The notes under the pieces: generated by a model
Database searches by the model: none
What the model saw: only the letters and a program-made list of their open reading frames with translations
Told to the model about the DNA's origin: nothing
Made by a program: the position numbers and the translations under genes
NCBI RefSeq assembly: GCF_001458695.1
Contig: NZ_LN885086.1
Span: forward strand, 2,070,001-2,102,000
Length of the DNA: 32,000 nt
Direction of reading: 5' to 3'
Origin: Candidatus Nitrospira inopinata
GTDB taxonomy: Bacteria; Nitrospirota; Nitrospiria; Nitrospirales; Nitrospiraceae
Shown here: piece after piece, positions 7,361-16,589 of the stretch
Layout: each line of letters begins with the position of its first letter
Numbering within the stretch: the first letter of the stretch is position 1

Positions 7361-8335
7361 ATGGAAAAAGTTCTCTCCCAAGAGGAAATCGACGCCCTGC
7401 TCAAGGGCATGGCGTCGGGGGACGTGGATACGACGCCCAAAACGGGGGCGCCCGATCAGGGAGGGGCCGCTCCCTACGATCTGCTGAATCAAGAGCGGAT
7501 CGTCCGGGGGCGAATGCCGACGCTCGAAATGGTGAACGATCGCTTCGTCAGACGGCAGGCCGTCTCATGGACCGGGATGATGCGCGAGACGATCGATTTG
7601 CTCGTGGTGGGCACGCAGGTCATCAAGTTCGGCGAGTTCTTGAAGAAGATTCCCTTGCCCTCGTCGCTCAATGTCTTCCATATGCACCCGCTGCGGGGAA
7701 ACGGCCTGTTCGTCATGGACGCGTTTTTGGTCTATCTGATCGTCGATTATTTTTTCGGCGGGAAGGGGCAAACGCATGTGAAGCCGGAGGGGCGGGACTT
7801 TACGCCGGTTCAGTTGCGCATCGTCAGGAGGCTGCTCGTTCACGCCCTGGGAGACCTGGAAAAATCCTGGCAAGCGGTGTTGCCGATCAAGGTGGAATAC
7901 GTGCGGTCTGAAAGCAACCCTCAATTCGCCATGATCGTGACGGCCTCGGAGATCGTGGTCGTGGTGACGATTCAGGTGTTGATCGGAGACACCGCCAGGG
8001 ATTTTTTCCTGGTGTATCCCTATTCGATGCTGGAGCCGATCAAGGAAAAACTGTACTCCGGATTGGTGTCCGACCAAATCGAGCAGGACGGGGCCTGGAC
8101 GGCTCGATTTCGCGAGAAACTGCAGGAATGTCCTCTCTCCGTCGCCGTGCGATTGGGGACGACGACCGTCACGCTGCGCGACGTGCTGAACTTCGCGCCG
8201 GGCGACGTGATCCTGTTGGATCAACGGCCCGGCGATCCGCTGGATTGCTACGTCGAGGGGTTTCACAAATTCCAGGGCAGTCCCGGCGTGTACAAGGGCA
8301 ACCACGCGTGCCGCGTCACGAAAATGTTCAACTGA
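7361..8335 (+). CDS. fliM: Flagellar motor switch protein FliM
   Basis: The N-terminal CheY-P binding motif LSQEEIDALL is present. The FliM middle domain and a C-terminal FliN-like SpoA domain (VAVRLGTTTVTLRDVLNFAPGDVILLD) follow. Confidence 0.95.
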   Translation: MEKVLSQEEIDALLKGMASGDVDTTPKTGAPDQGGAAPYDLLNQERIVRGRMPTLEMVNDRFVRRQAVSWTGMMRETIDLLVVGTQVIKFGEFLKKIPLPSSLNVFHMHPLRGNGLFVMDAFLVYLIVDYFFGGKGQTHVKPEGRDFTPVQLRIVRRLLVHALGDLEKSWQAVLPIKVEYVRSESNPQFAMIVTASEIVVVVTIQVLIGDTARDFFLVYPYSMLEPIKEKLYSGLVSDQIEQDGAWTARFREKLQECPLSVAVRLGTTTVTLRDVLNFAPGDVILLDQRPGDPLDCYVEGFHKFQGSPGVYKGNHACRVTKMFN

Positions 8336-8364
8336 TCATCTCATCGTCGAGAGGAGTGTGAGGG

Positions 8365-8739
8365 ATGGCTGATTCAGGGACGGCGCCGGAAGCGGGGGCA
8401 AGGAGCGAGACGGGGGGGACCGCCGCGCCTCAGCCGGCGTCATTTCCTCCCGTTCAGAACGTCGAAACGACGGGAACGCCGAAAAACATCGAGTTTCTGC
8501 TCGATATTCCCATGAACGTGTCGGTCTACGTCGGCTCGACGAGAATGGCCATTCGGGATCTCCTGCAATTGGCCCAGGGCTCGGTCATCGAACTGGACAA
8601 GCTGGCCGGAGAGCCGATGGATGTCATGGTGAACAACAAGCTGGTCGCCCGGGGCGAGGTGGTCGTCGTCAATGAAAAATTCGGCATCCGCTTGACCGAC
8701 GTGGTGAGCGCCGCCGAACGGGTTCAGCAACTGGGGTAA
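8365..8739 (+). CDS. fliN: Flagellar motor switch protein FliN
   Basis: SpoA/FliN domain LLDIPMNVSVYVGSTRMAIRDLLQLAQGSVIELDKLAGEPMDVMVNNKLVARGEVVVVNEKFGIRLTDVV. Confidence 0.95.
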   Translation: MADSGTAPEAGARSETGGTAAPQPASFPPVQNVETTGTPKNIEFLLDIPMNVSVYVGSTRMAIRDLLQLAQGSVIELDKLAGEPMDVMVNNKLVARGEVVVVNEKFGIRLTDVVSAAERVQQLG

Positions 8740-8767
8740 CCGGGGTAAACGGGCCGGAGGAGCCATC

Positions 8768-9169
8768 GTGATCGATTTCTGGGACAGCCTGCTCCGCACG
8801 TTGTCGGCCCTGGCCGTCGTGTTGCTGCTGATGGCCGCGGCGGCGCTGGCCGCCAGGCGAATCGTCGGCGGCCGTCCGGGAACCCCTGGGCGACACGAAT
8901 TGATCCGCGTCGTGGCCAGCGGGGCCATCGCGCCTCGAAAAACGATCATGCTGGTATCCGTGGCCGGGGAATATCTCGTCGTCGGAGCCACCGCGACGGA
9001 TCTTGTTCCGCTGGGCCGCGTCGGCGACGCGGAAAAAGTGCGGGAACTGCTGGCGGCGGCGGAGAGTCCGTCCGCACCGATGATTCCCTCGTCGTCGTTT
9101 ACGGCCTGGATGCGGCGTCCGTCGGTCGAATCCTTCTTTCATCGCACGGAGAACCATGGCGATCGATAG
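8768..9169 (+). CDS. fliO: Flagellar biosynthesis protein FliO
   Basis: 133 aa with a GTG start and a single N-terminal TM segment (LLRTLSALAVVLLLMAAAALAA). It lies immediately upstream of fliP and overlaps it. The call is mainly by size, topology and synteny. Confidence 0.65.
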   Translation: MIDFWDSLLRTLSALAVVLLLMAAAALAARRIVGGRPGTPGRHELIRVVASGAIAPRKTIMLVSVAGEYLVVGATATDLVPLGRVGDAEKVRELLAAAESPSAPMIPSSSFTAWMRRPSVESFFHRTENHGDR

Positions 9170-9917
9170 AACCATGCGCCGGTTGACGAGGTCGGCGATC
9201 TCGGTCGCCCTCGCCGTCTGCGGACCACTGTCCGAGGCCTTGGCCGGAGGGCCCTCGATCAGCATCGATCTCGGATCGGACGGGCCCAAACAAACCGCCG
9301 CCGTCATACAGATTCTCGTTCTTCTGACGGTGCTCTCCCTGGCCCCCGCGTTGTTCATCATGGTCACCTCGTTTACGCGGATCGTGATCGTCCTGTCGTT
9401 TCTTCGACAGGCGCTCGGGACTCAGGCGGTTCCCCCGAACCAAGTGCTGTTGTCGCTCGCGCTCTTCTTGACGATGTTCGTCATGGCGCCGGTGGGACAG
9501 ACGGTCTATACCGATGCGCTTCAGCCGCTGATGGCCGAGCGGATTTCCTACGAAGAGGCGTGGAAGAAGGGGATCGAGCCCGTGCGGGGGTTCATGCTGC
9601 GTCAAGTCAGGGAGCGGGACCTTGAACTGTTCATCGACCTCGGCCGGTTGCCGAAGCCGGAGAAGGTCGAGGATGTCCCGACTCACGTCATCATTCCCGC
9701 CTTCATTTTGAGCGAACTGCGCGTGGCGTTTCAGATCGGTTTTCTCATTTACATTCCTTTTTTGATCGTCGACATGGTGGTTGCCAGCGTATTGATGTCG
9801 ATGGGAATGATGTTGCTCCCGCCCGTGGTGATTTCCCTGCCGTTCAAACTGGTGCTCTTCGTTCTGGCCGACGGTTGGTACTTGGTCGTGGGGTCGATGG
9901 TCAGGAGTTTTCAGTGA
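9156..9917 (+). CDS. fliP: Flagellar export gate protein FliP
   Basis: Signal-like N-terminus followed by the conserved FliP core [35 protein letters not shown] ... [44 protein letters not shown]-type sequence. Confidence 0.95.
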   Translation: [253 protein letters not shown]

Positions 9918-10034
9918 TGCGTTCCGCCGGGGATCTCGCGGAGCCGAAATCGAGAGAACGGCTCGTGCATGGCTCGATTCATGAGATTCCTCGGCGGCGC
10001 GAGGGGAGGACGTGAAAGACAAGGAGGCTATTCC

Positions 10035-10304
10035 GTGACGCCGGAGATGGTGACCGAATTGGGGCGGCAGGCGTTGGAGACGACGTTGCTCGTGGCGACG
10101 CCGATTTTGGGCTTGAGTCTCGTGATCGGGTTGGCCGTGAGCGCGTTTCAAGCGATGACCCAGTTGAACGAGGCGACGCTCACTTTCGTCCCGAAAATCT
10201 TGGCGTTGTTCGGGGCGCTGTTGTTGTTTTTCCCCTGGATGCTGAACGTGCTGACGACCTTCGCCGCGAATCTGTTCGCCGCTATCCCGCAGTACGTCCA
10301 TTAA
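10035..10304 (+). CDS. fliQ: Flagellar export gate protein FliQ
   Basis: 89 aa from GTG 10035, preceded by AAGGAGG at 10021-10027. The sequence LGRQALETTLLVATPILGLSLVIGLAVSAFQAMTQLNEATLTFVPKILA is typical FliQ. The ORF-track ATG at 9969 adds a non-homologous Arg/Gly-rich leader. Confidence 0.93.
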   Translation: MTPEMVTELGRQALETTLLVATPILGLSLVIGLAVSAFQAMTQLNEATLTFVPKILALFGALLLFFPWMLNVLTTFAANLFAAIPQYVH

Positions 10305-10311
10305 GGCGGCC

Positions 10312-11100
10312 ATGGTATTGACGCAGACCATTCAGATCCTGCTGCCGGAGTTCCAATCGTTTTTGGCGCTGATCGTGCGGGTCGGCGGATTGCTCGCCGC
10401 GCTGCCGGTTCTGAGCGGGCAAGCGGTTCCGCCTAAAGTCAAGGTGCTGCTGGTCTTGGCGTTGGGCGCGGTGCTGGCGCCGATCGTTCGCCTTCCCGCC
10501 GTTCCGTTCGATCCCGTCGCGCTGGCTGCCGGTCTCGCCGGCGAGCTGGCGATCGGCTTGACGATCGGTCTGGCGGTGCGGCTGTTTTTCGGCGCGCTCG
10601 AACTCGCCGGCGACATCGTGGGGATGCAGATGGGGTTCGGCGTGGTGCAGCTCCTGGATCCGGCCACGTCGCATCAGGTCCCGCTCATGGGACGGTTTTT
10701 CACCCTGCTGGCGTCGCTGGTGTTCCTCTCGCTCAACGCCCACTTGTTGGTCGTCTCGACCATCGTGGCCAGTTATGAGGCGATTCCGGCCTTCGGAACG
10801 GCTCCTCCGACCGGATTGGGCGAGGAGATCGTGCGGCTCTCTCGGGAGATGTTCGCGCTCGGTTTGAAACTGGCCGCGCCGGTGCTGGTGACGATCCTTG
10901 TGACCAACGTGCTGTTGGCGATTTTAGGGCGGGCGGTCGCCCAGATTAACGTCTTCGTACTCAGCTTTCCCGTGACCATCGCGGGCGGGTTGGCGATCTT
11001 GGCGCTGGCGATGCCGTTCATCGTGGCGTTGCTGGGCCGCGAGATCGAACGGCTGCAATTTTCGATCAAAGGACTCTTGAGCCTGTTGGGTCATGGCTGA
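10312..11100 (+). CDS. fliR: Flagellar export gate protein FliR
   Basis: 262 aa polytopic membrane protein with FliR-like segments (FLALIVRVGGLLAALPVLSG, GFGVVQLLDPATSHQVPLMGRFF). It sits between fliQ and flhB and overlaps flhB by 8 nt. Confidence 0.9.
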   Translation: MVLTQTIQILLPEFQSFLALIVRVGGLLAALPVLSGQAVPPKVKVLLVLALGAVLAPIVRLPAVPFDPVALAAGLAGELAIGLTIGLAVRLFFGALELAGDIVGMQMGFGVVQLLDPATSHQVPLMGRFFTLLASLVFLSLNAHLLVVSTIVASYEAIPAFGTAPPTGLGEEIVRLSREMFALGLKLAAPVLVTILVTNVLLAILGRAVAQINVFVLSFPVTIAGGLAILALAMPFIVALLGREIERLQFSIKGLLSLLGHG

Positions 11101-12199
11101 GGATCGAAGCAATAAAACCGAACGCGCTACCCCGAAACGCAAGGAGGAGGCGCGCCGAAAGGGGCAGGTGGCCCTCAGTCGGGATCTGTCCACCGCCGCC
11201 GTCCTGCTGGGCGGCATCGGATTGCTGGCGGCGACGTTGCCGGCCGGCCTTCAGGCGATGATCGACATGACCAAGGAGGGACTGACCCTGTCGTTTCCGG
11301 AGACCTTTCGGGACGGATTGACGATCGAGCAGGTCCATGCGCGCGTGATCCGCGCGGGATGGGAAGTGCTCGGAGTGACGCTGCCGATTCTCGGAGGACT
11401 TCTGTTGATCGGGGGGGGCGCGACGATCCTCCAAACGGGATTCCTGTTTCGGCCGGAGGCGCTCCAGTTGGATCCCGATCGCGTCAATCCGCTCAAGGGA
11501 TTGTCCCGGCTGTTTTCCCTGCGCTCTCTGGTGGAACTGCTCAAAGGACTGTTCAAAATCGCGATTGTGACGGGCGTCGGGTTCGTCGCCGTGCGGGGGG
11601 ATCTGGGGCAGGTGCCGGGATTGACCGAATTCGACTTCGGCACGTCGCTGCACGTGACGGGATGGCTGTTGTTGAAGGCGGCATTGGCGGTCGGCGGGGC
11701 GATCGGAGTCCTCGCCGGGTTGGATTATCTCTATCAGCGATATGAATGGGAACGCAGCCTGCGCATGTCCAAAGAAGAGGTCAGGGAAGAACACAAGTCG
11801 ACGGAAGGCGATCCGCTGATCAAGAGCCGGGTCCGGACCGCGCAGCGGGAGCTGCTCAAGAAGCGGATGATGGCGGCGGTCAAAACCGCCGACGTCGTCG
11901 TGACGAACCCGACGCACCTTGCCGTGGCGCTCAAGTACGATGCCGCCAAGATGGCCGCGCCGTGCGTGGTGGCGAAAGGCGCCGGCGAGGTCGCCGAGCG
12001 CATTCGCGAAATGGCCCGACACCACGGCGTGCCGGTCGTCGAACACAAGTTCGTCGCCCGGACGCTGTTCGCGCTCGTGGACGTCGGGAAAGAAATCCCG
12101 TCGGATCTGTATCGGGCCGTGGCGGAAATCCTCGCGTTCGTCTATCGCGCCCGCGGCATGACGGCGGGCGAGGCGGGCGGGCTTCGGGGGCAAGCGTGA
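11093..12199 (+). CDS. flhB: Flagellar export switch protein FlhB
   Basis: N-terminus MAEDRSNKTERATPKRKEEARRKGQVALSRDL and the autocleavage motif NPTH at 11906-11917 (VVVTNPTHLAVALKY). Confidence 0.95.
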   Translation: MAEDRSNKTERATPKRKEEARRKGQVALSRDLSTAAVLLGGIGLLAATLPAGLQAMIDMTKEGLTLSFPETFRDGLTIEQVHARVIRAGWEVLGVTLPILGGLLLIGGGATILQTGFLFRPEALQLDPDRVNPLKGLSRLFSLRSLVELLKGLFKIAIVTGVGFVAVRGDLGQVPGLTEFDFGTSLHVTGWLLLKAALAVGGAIGVLAGLDYLYQRYEWERSLRMSKEEVREEHKSTEGDPLIKSRVRTAQRELLKKRMMAAVKTADVVVTNPTHLAVALKYDAAKMAAPCVVAKGAGEVAERIREMARHHGVPVVEHKFVARTLFALVDVGKEIPSDLYRAVAEILAFVYRARGMTAGEAGGLRGQA

Positions 12200-12245
12200 C
12201 GGCCGGGGACGATAAACCAATCAGCCGTCATCCGTCGTAACGACC

Positions 12246-14342
12246 ATGTCGACCAAGGTGGAACCGATTCAGCGCGCGTCGTTCGTCAAACATCCCGATA
12301 TCCTCATCTCCGTGGGGGTCGTGGCCATTTTGATGGTCATGCTGCTTCCCCTCCCCCGGTTTCTGCTCGATCTGCTGCTGAGTTTCAACATCACGTTGTC
12401 CGTCATCATTCTGTTGGTCGGCCTGCAAGTGCGGCGGCCCATCGAGTTTTCGGTGTTCCCGTCCATCTTGCTGATGATCACGCTCCTGCGGTTGTCGCTG
12501 AACATCGCCTCGACCCGGTTGATTCTTCTCCACGGCAACGAAGGCGTCGGCGCGGCGGGCGAGGTCATCAGGGCGTTCGGCAGTTTCGTGGTCGGCGGCA
12601 ACTACACGGTGGGGTTGGTGGTGTTCTGCATTCTCGTCGTCATCAACTTCGTGGTGGTGACCAAGGGCGCCGGTCGCGTGGCCGAAGTCGCCGCGCGGTT
12701 CACGTTGGACGCGATGCCGGGCAAGCAGATGAGCATCGACGCCGATCTGAACGCCGGTTTGATCAACGAAGCCGAGGCGCGGCGGCGTCGTCGGGAAATC
12801 GCCGAGGAGGCCGATTTCTATGGAGCGATGGACGGCGCCAGCAAGTTCGTGCGAGGCGACGCCATCGCCGCCGTGGTCATCATCCTCGTGAACATCGTCG
12901 GCGGGCTGGCCATCGGCATTCTCCAGAAAGGGATGAGCCCCGCGCTCGCCGCGCAGACCTACACCTTGCTGACCGTGGGGGAAGGGTTGGTCGCGCAGAT
13001 ACCGGCGTTGATCGTCTCGACGGCCGCCGGCATCGTCGTCACCCGCGCCGCCGCCGAGACCGATCTCAGCGGCGAGATCACCAGGCAGTTGTTGACCTCG
13101 TCCAAGGCGGTCGGCACCGCCGCCGGGATTCTGCTCGCGTTGGGCATGGTTCCCGGTTTGCCGCACCTCGCGTTTTTGGGGCTGGGGGGGCTTGCCGGGT
13201 GGATGGCGTACCGCTTGCGCGAGGAGGAACGGAGTTCCGAAGCGGTCGCGTCGGCTCCCGCCGCCCCCAAAGCCGACGAAAGCGTGACGCGCGTCGCGCC
13301 CCTTGAGCTGATGGAGCTGCAGGTGGGATACGGTCTGATCGGGCTGGTGGAGGGGGCGCAAGGGAGCGCGCTGCTGGACCGGATCAAGGGCCTGCGGAGA
13401 CAGATCGCCGAATCCATGGGATTCGTGGTGCCGCCGATTCACATCCGAGACAATCTGCAACTGCGGCCGAACGAGTACGTCGTCATTTTGAAGGGCGTGG
13501 ACGTGGCGAAAGCCGACGTGCTGCCCGGCCATCTGTTGGCGATCGATCCGGGCACGGGTCAGCGAGGGCTGGTGCAGGGAATTCCGACCAAAGAGCCGGC
13601 GTTCGGTCTTCCGGCCCTCTGGGTCGCCGAAGACGCGCGGGAACAGGCGCAACTGGCCGGCTACACCGTCGTTGACGCAAGCTCCGCGATCACCACCCAT
13701 TTGTCCGAAATCATCAAACGGCACGGCCATGAGTTGCTCGGACGGCAGGAAGTGCAGGCGCTGCTGGATGAAGTCGGCAAAACGAACCCGAAGTTGGTGG
13801 AGGAGCTGATTCCGACGCTGTTGCCCCTGGGGACGGTCGTGCGGATCTTGGGCAATTTGCTCAGGGAGGGCGTGCCGATTCGCGATCTTCGGTCCATCCT
13901 CGAAGCGGTCTCGGACCATGCCGGATCGATCAAGGATGCGGACGTGCTCACGGAGTTCACCCGCCAGGCACTGGCCCGAACGATCACCAAACAGTTTCAG
14001 GCGCAGGACGGCACGCTCCAAGTCATTACGTTGGATCCGTTGTTGGATCGGTCGTTGGCCGAGCAGGCGGCCGGTCTTCCGCAGGGAGCCGCTCTTTCGC
14101 TCGATCCGGCGCTGTCGCACAAGTTGCTAAACGGCCTGAAACAGGCCGCCGAACGGGTCGCTTCCCGCGGTCATCAGCCGGTCGTGCTGTGTTCGCAGGC
14201 CGTGCGGCGGCATCTGCGCCGTCTGACCGATCGCGTGCTCCACGCGGTGCCGATTATCGGCTTCAATGAAGTCGACGCCTTGGCGCGTCTGCAGTCGCTC
14301 GATACGGTTCGGATCGACGCCGAACTCGCGCAGTCGTCGTGA
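12246..14342 (+). CDS. flhA: Flagellar export apparatus protein FlhA
   Basis: 698 aa FHIPEP-family protein. Conserved N-terminal TM region (LLPLPRFLLDLLLSFNITLSVIILL, FVRGDAIAAVVIILVNIVGGLAIG) and a cytoplasmic C-domain. Confidence 0.97.
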   Translation: MSTKVEPIQRASFVKHPDILISVGVVAILMVMLLPLPRFLLDLLLSFNITLSVIILLVGLQVRRPIEFSVFPSILLMITLLRLSLNIASTRLILLHGNEGVGAAGEVIRAFGSFVVGGNYTVGLVVFCILVVINFVVVTKGAGRVAEVAARFTLDAMPGKQMSIDADLNAGLINEAEARRRRREIAEEADFYGAMDGASKFVRGDAIAAVVIILVNIVGGLAIGILQKGMSPALAAQTYTLLTVGEGLVAQIPALIVSTAAGIVVTRAAAETDLSGEITRQLLTSSKAVGTAAGILLALGMVPGLPHLAFLGLGGLAGWMAYRLREEERSSEAVASAPAAPKADESVTRVAPLELMELQVGYGLIGLVEGAQGSALLDRIKGLRRQIAESMGFVVPPIHIRDNLQLRPNEYVVILKGVDVAKADVLPGHLLAIDPGTGQRGLVQGIPTKEPAFGLPALWVAEDAREQAQLAGYTVVDASSAITTHLSEIIKRHGHELLGRQEVQALLDEVGKTNPKLVEELIPTLLPLGTVVRILGNLLREGVPIRDLRSILEAVSDHAGSIKDADVLTEFTRQALARTITKQFQAQDGTLQVITLDPLLDRSLAEQAAGLPQGAALSLDPALSHKLLNGLKQAAERVASRGHQPVVLCSQAVRRHLRRLTDRVLHAVPIIGFNEVDALARLQSLDTVRIDAELAQSS

Positions 14343-14350
14343 GGGAGCCG

Positions 14351-15703
14351 ATGAAGGTCAAAACGTTTCACGCTCTCAGCATGCAGGACGCCTTGCGCGC
14401 GATCAAGGAGGAATTGGGGCCGGATGCGATCATCCTTTCCTCGAAGGAGGTGCGCGAGAACGACAGGCCGTTGCGGGTGTTCGATCGGCCGGTGTTGGAG
14501 GTCATGGCCGCGTGCGAGGAACCGGCTCCGGCGACGGCTTCCGGGCGTCGCGACGACGATTCGGCGGCCGGCGGCCGCTCGATGTCCGCTGCGGAGCCCC
14601 CGTCGTCTTCCGCCGTCCCCGGTTTTCGCGCGACGCTCGAATCCCTGCTGGAACCGTCCGGCTCTCCGACGCAATCGCCGCGCGCGGAGCGGCGGGCTCG
14701 TCTTCGGCGGCTTCACGACGAATTATGCGAGCTGAGCCGCCGGTTGGGGGAATCATTGCCTCCTGAAACGCAATCGGTGAAAGAGGAACCGCCGACGGTT
14801 CTGGGCGGGCTGTGTCGATCGTTCGTCCGGCAGGGCATGCACCCCGCGTCGGCGGAAACGCTGGGCAACGATCTGCGGCGGCGATTGGGGCGGGCCGGCG
14901 CCGGTGACGAAGAGCTGATGATTCAAGTCCTCGGTCAAGAAATCGGCCGTCGCATCGTCGTCGGGGGGGATCTTCTCGACCAAACGAGCGGTCGGGTCGT
15001 CCGTTTGATTCTCGGGCCCAGCGGGGCCGGCAAGACGTCGATCGTGACGAAACTGGCTGCCCGCTGCCGTCTTGAACGGCGTCGGTCCGTCGCCGTCGTG
15101 ACCTTCGACGCCTATCGCGAGGTCTCGGTGGAGCAGTTGCGGCGGTACGCGCGGGCGCTCGGCGTTCCGTTCGCGTCGGCGCGGTCGCCCCGTCAGCTTC
15201 GCGACGGGTTGCGCCGTCACGCGAGGGCCGATCTGGTTCTGGTGGACATGCCGGGCGTCCGACCGGACGACGTGTCGTCGGCTCTGGAGCTGCATCGGAT
15301 GCTCGGCGAGGACGCCGACGTCGCCACGCACGTGACGCTTCCGGCCTGCGCGCGGGCGGGAGAGCTTCGCGGCATCATTGATCGAGTCGGCGTGTTGCCG
15401 TCGTTGCACCTCGTCTTTACGAAGCTGGACGAAACGGCGTCGTTCGGAACCGTCTACGACGTGGCGCAGCAGACGGGATTGCCGCTGTCCTACTGGGGAG
15501 TCGGCCAGCGGGTGCCCGAAGACATCGAACCGGCGTCGCCGGAGCGCTTGGCCGAGTTTTTGATCGCACAACGCTACGTCGCCTTCCGCAACCCCGTCCG
15601 GCCGACGTTGAGCGAGGCGAGGGCGACTCATCAACTGACGTCCGCCGGGTCCGTCTCACATTCCAACACGTGGCAGGAGGAATCGCTATGCGGAAGAACA
15701 TGA
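14351..15703 (+). CDS. flhF: Flagellar placement GTPase FlhF (SRP-type)
   Basis: N-terminus MKVKTFHALSMQDALRAIKEELGPDAIILSSKEV, P-loop GPSGAGKTS, and the VLVDMPG and FTKLDET GTPase motifs. ATG 14351 gives the canonical N-terminus; the ORF-track GTG at 14339 is also possible. Confidence 0.9.
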   Translation: MKVKTFHALSMQDALRAIKEELGPDAIILSSKEVRENDRPLRVFDRPVLEVMAACEEPAPATASGRRDDDSAAGGRSMSAAEPPSSSAVPGFRATLESLLEPSGSPTQSPRAERRARLRRLHDELCELSRRLGESLPPETQSVKEEPPTVLGGLCRSFVRQGMHPASAETLGNDLRRRLGRAGAGDEELMIQVLGQEIGRRIVVGGDLLDQTSGRVVRLILGPSGAGKTSIVTKLAARCRLERRRSVAVVTFDAYREVSVEQLRRYARALGVPFASARSPRQLRDGLRRHARADLVLVDMPGVRPDDVSSALELHRMLGEDADVATHVTLPACARAGELRGIIDRVGVLPSLHLVFTKLDETASFGTVYDVAQQTGLPLSYWGVGQRVPEDIEPASPERLAEFLIAQRYVAFRNPVRPTLSEARATHQLTSAGSVSHSNTWQEESLCGRT

Positions 15704-16548
15704 GCGGCGTCGACGATTTGGCGCCGGCCGAAGATCTGCTCGCCGTGCGCACCAGGGTCGTCGCCGTCTCCAGCGGGAAAGGCGGCGTGGGCAAAACGAA
15801 CGTGGTGGCCAACTGGGCGGTCGCGCTGGGTCGATCCGGCAAACGGGTGCTGGTGCTGGACGCCGACCTGGGCCTGGGCAATCTGGACGTCCTGCTGGGG
15901 CTTGTGCCGCGTCACACGATCGAACATGCGTTGTCCGGCGTCTGCACGCTGAAGGAGATTTGCCTGGAGGGCCCGGCCGGCATTCAGGTGCTTCCCGCCA
16001 GCTCCGGGGTGCCTCACCTGACTTCCTTGACGGAGTCCCAACAACTGGTGATTCAAGAGCAACTGGAGGAGCTTGCGGCCGGCATGGACGTGCTCCTGAT
16101 CGACACCGGAGCCGGCATTTCGCCCAACGTCACGTTCTTCGCGTCGTCGGCCCACGAGATCGTGATCGTGGTCACTCCCGAGCCGACTTCGTTGACGGAC
16201 GCCTACGCCTTGATCAAGGTGCTGACGCGCCGTTATCGGGAACGCCGTTTCAAGGTGCTCGTCAATCAAGCGAGGGGACCGCGGGAGGCGGCGGAGGTCT
16301 TCCGCAGATTGGACACGGCGGTGGATCGCTTTCTGCAGGTCGCCGTCGAGCCCATCGGCTACGTGCCGCACGACGATTACGTGACGCTCGCGGTCATGCG
16401 CCAAAAAGCGGTGGCGGACCTGTTTCCGGATTCACCGGCCGCGCAAGCCTTCGCCAGGCTGGCCGAGCAGGTCATGCAATGGCCCCTCCCCGATCTTCCC
16501 AAAAGCTCCGTTCAGCTCCTGTGGCGAAGGATGATTCACCTCGGTTGA
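15688..16548 (+). CDS. flhG: Flagellar number regulator FlhG/FleN (MinD/ParA-type ATPase)
   Basis: Deviant Walker A SSGKGGVGKT, followed by VLVLDADLGLGNLDVLLG. AGGAGG at 15675-15680 precedes ATG 15688. The gene overlaps the flhF 3' end. Confidence 0.9.
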   Translation: MRKNMSGVDDLAPAEDLLAVRTRVVAVSSGKGGVGKTNVVANWAVALGRSGKRVLVLDADLGLGNLDVLLGLVPRHTIEHALSGVCTLKEICLEGPAGIQVLPASSGVPHLTSLTESQQLVIQEQLEELAAGMDVLLIDTGAGISPNVTFFASSAHEIVIVVTPEPTSLTDAYALIKVLTRRYRERRFKVLVNQARGPREAAEVFRRLDTAVDRFLQVAVEPIGYVPHDDYVTLAVMRQKAVADLFPDSPAAQAFARLAEQVMQWPLPDLPKSSVQLLWRRMIHLG

Positions 16549-16589
16549 GAACGGGGAAACGGCGGGAAGACGCGGAGGAGCGAACGGAC

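Noticed and set aside
6901-7911. A 336-aa + strand ORF in an alternative frame across fliL and fliM. Similar alternative-frame ORFs occur at 1724-2383, 3291-3989, 11746-12240, 18300-18968, 19281-20072 and 28840-29790.
   Set aside because: They overlap well-supported genes in another frame. Their composition is dominated by Arg/Ser/Gly/Ala, and no motifs are present.
9918-10034. A 117-nt gap between fliP and fliQ with a 7-bp stem (AATCGAG...CTCGATT) and an in-frame upstream ATG at 9969.
   Set aside because: No promoter motif was found and the stem is weak with an 18-nt loop. The ATG-9969 extension is non-homologous, while GTG 10035 has a perfect AAGGAGG. This is most simply an ordinary intercistronic spacer.
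12228-14120. Very long minus-strand ORFs antisense to flagellar genes. Examples are 12228-14120 (630 aa), 9099-10331, 5005-6321, 20949-22313, 23793-25085, 11066-12220 and 1558-2544.
   Set aside because: Each lies fully antisense to a + strand gene with strong family motifs. The translations are Arg/Gly/Pro/His-rich low-complexity sequence with no recognisable domains. This is the expected stop-codon-poor antisense frame of a high-GC genome.
15960-16589. A 210-aa N-terminal extension of the fliA frame (ORF-track 15960-17339, 459 aa).
   Set aside because: It overlaps flhG out of frame and is Arg/Gly-rich. The sigma-factor homology begins only after ATG 16590, which has its own GGAGGAG SD.
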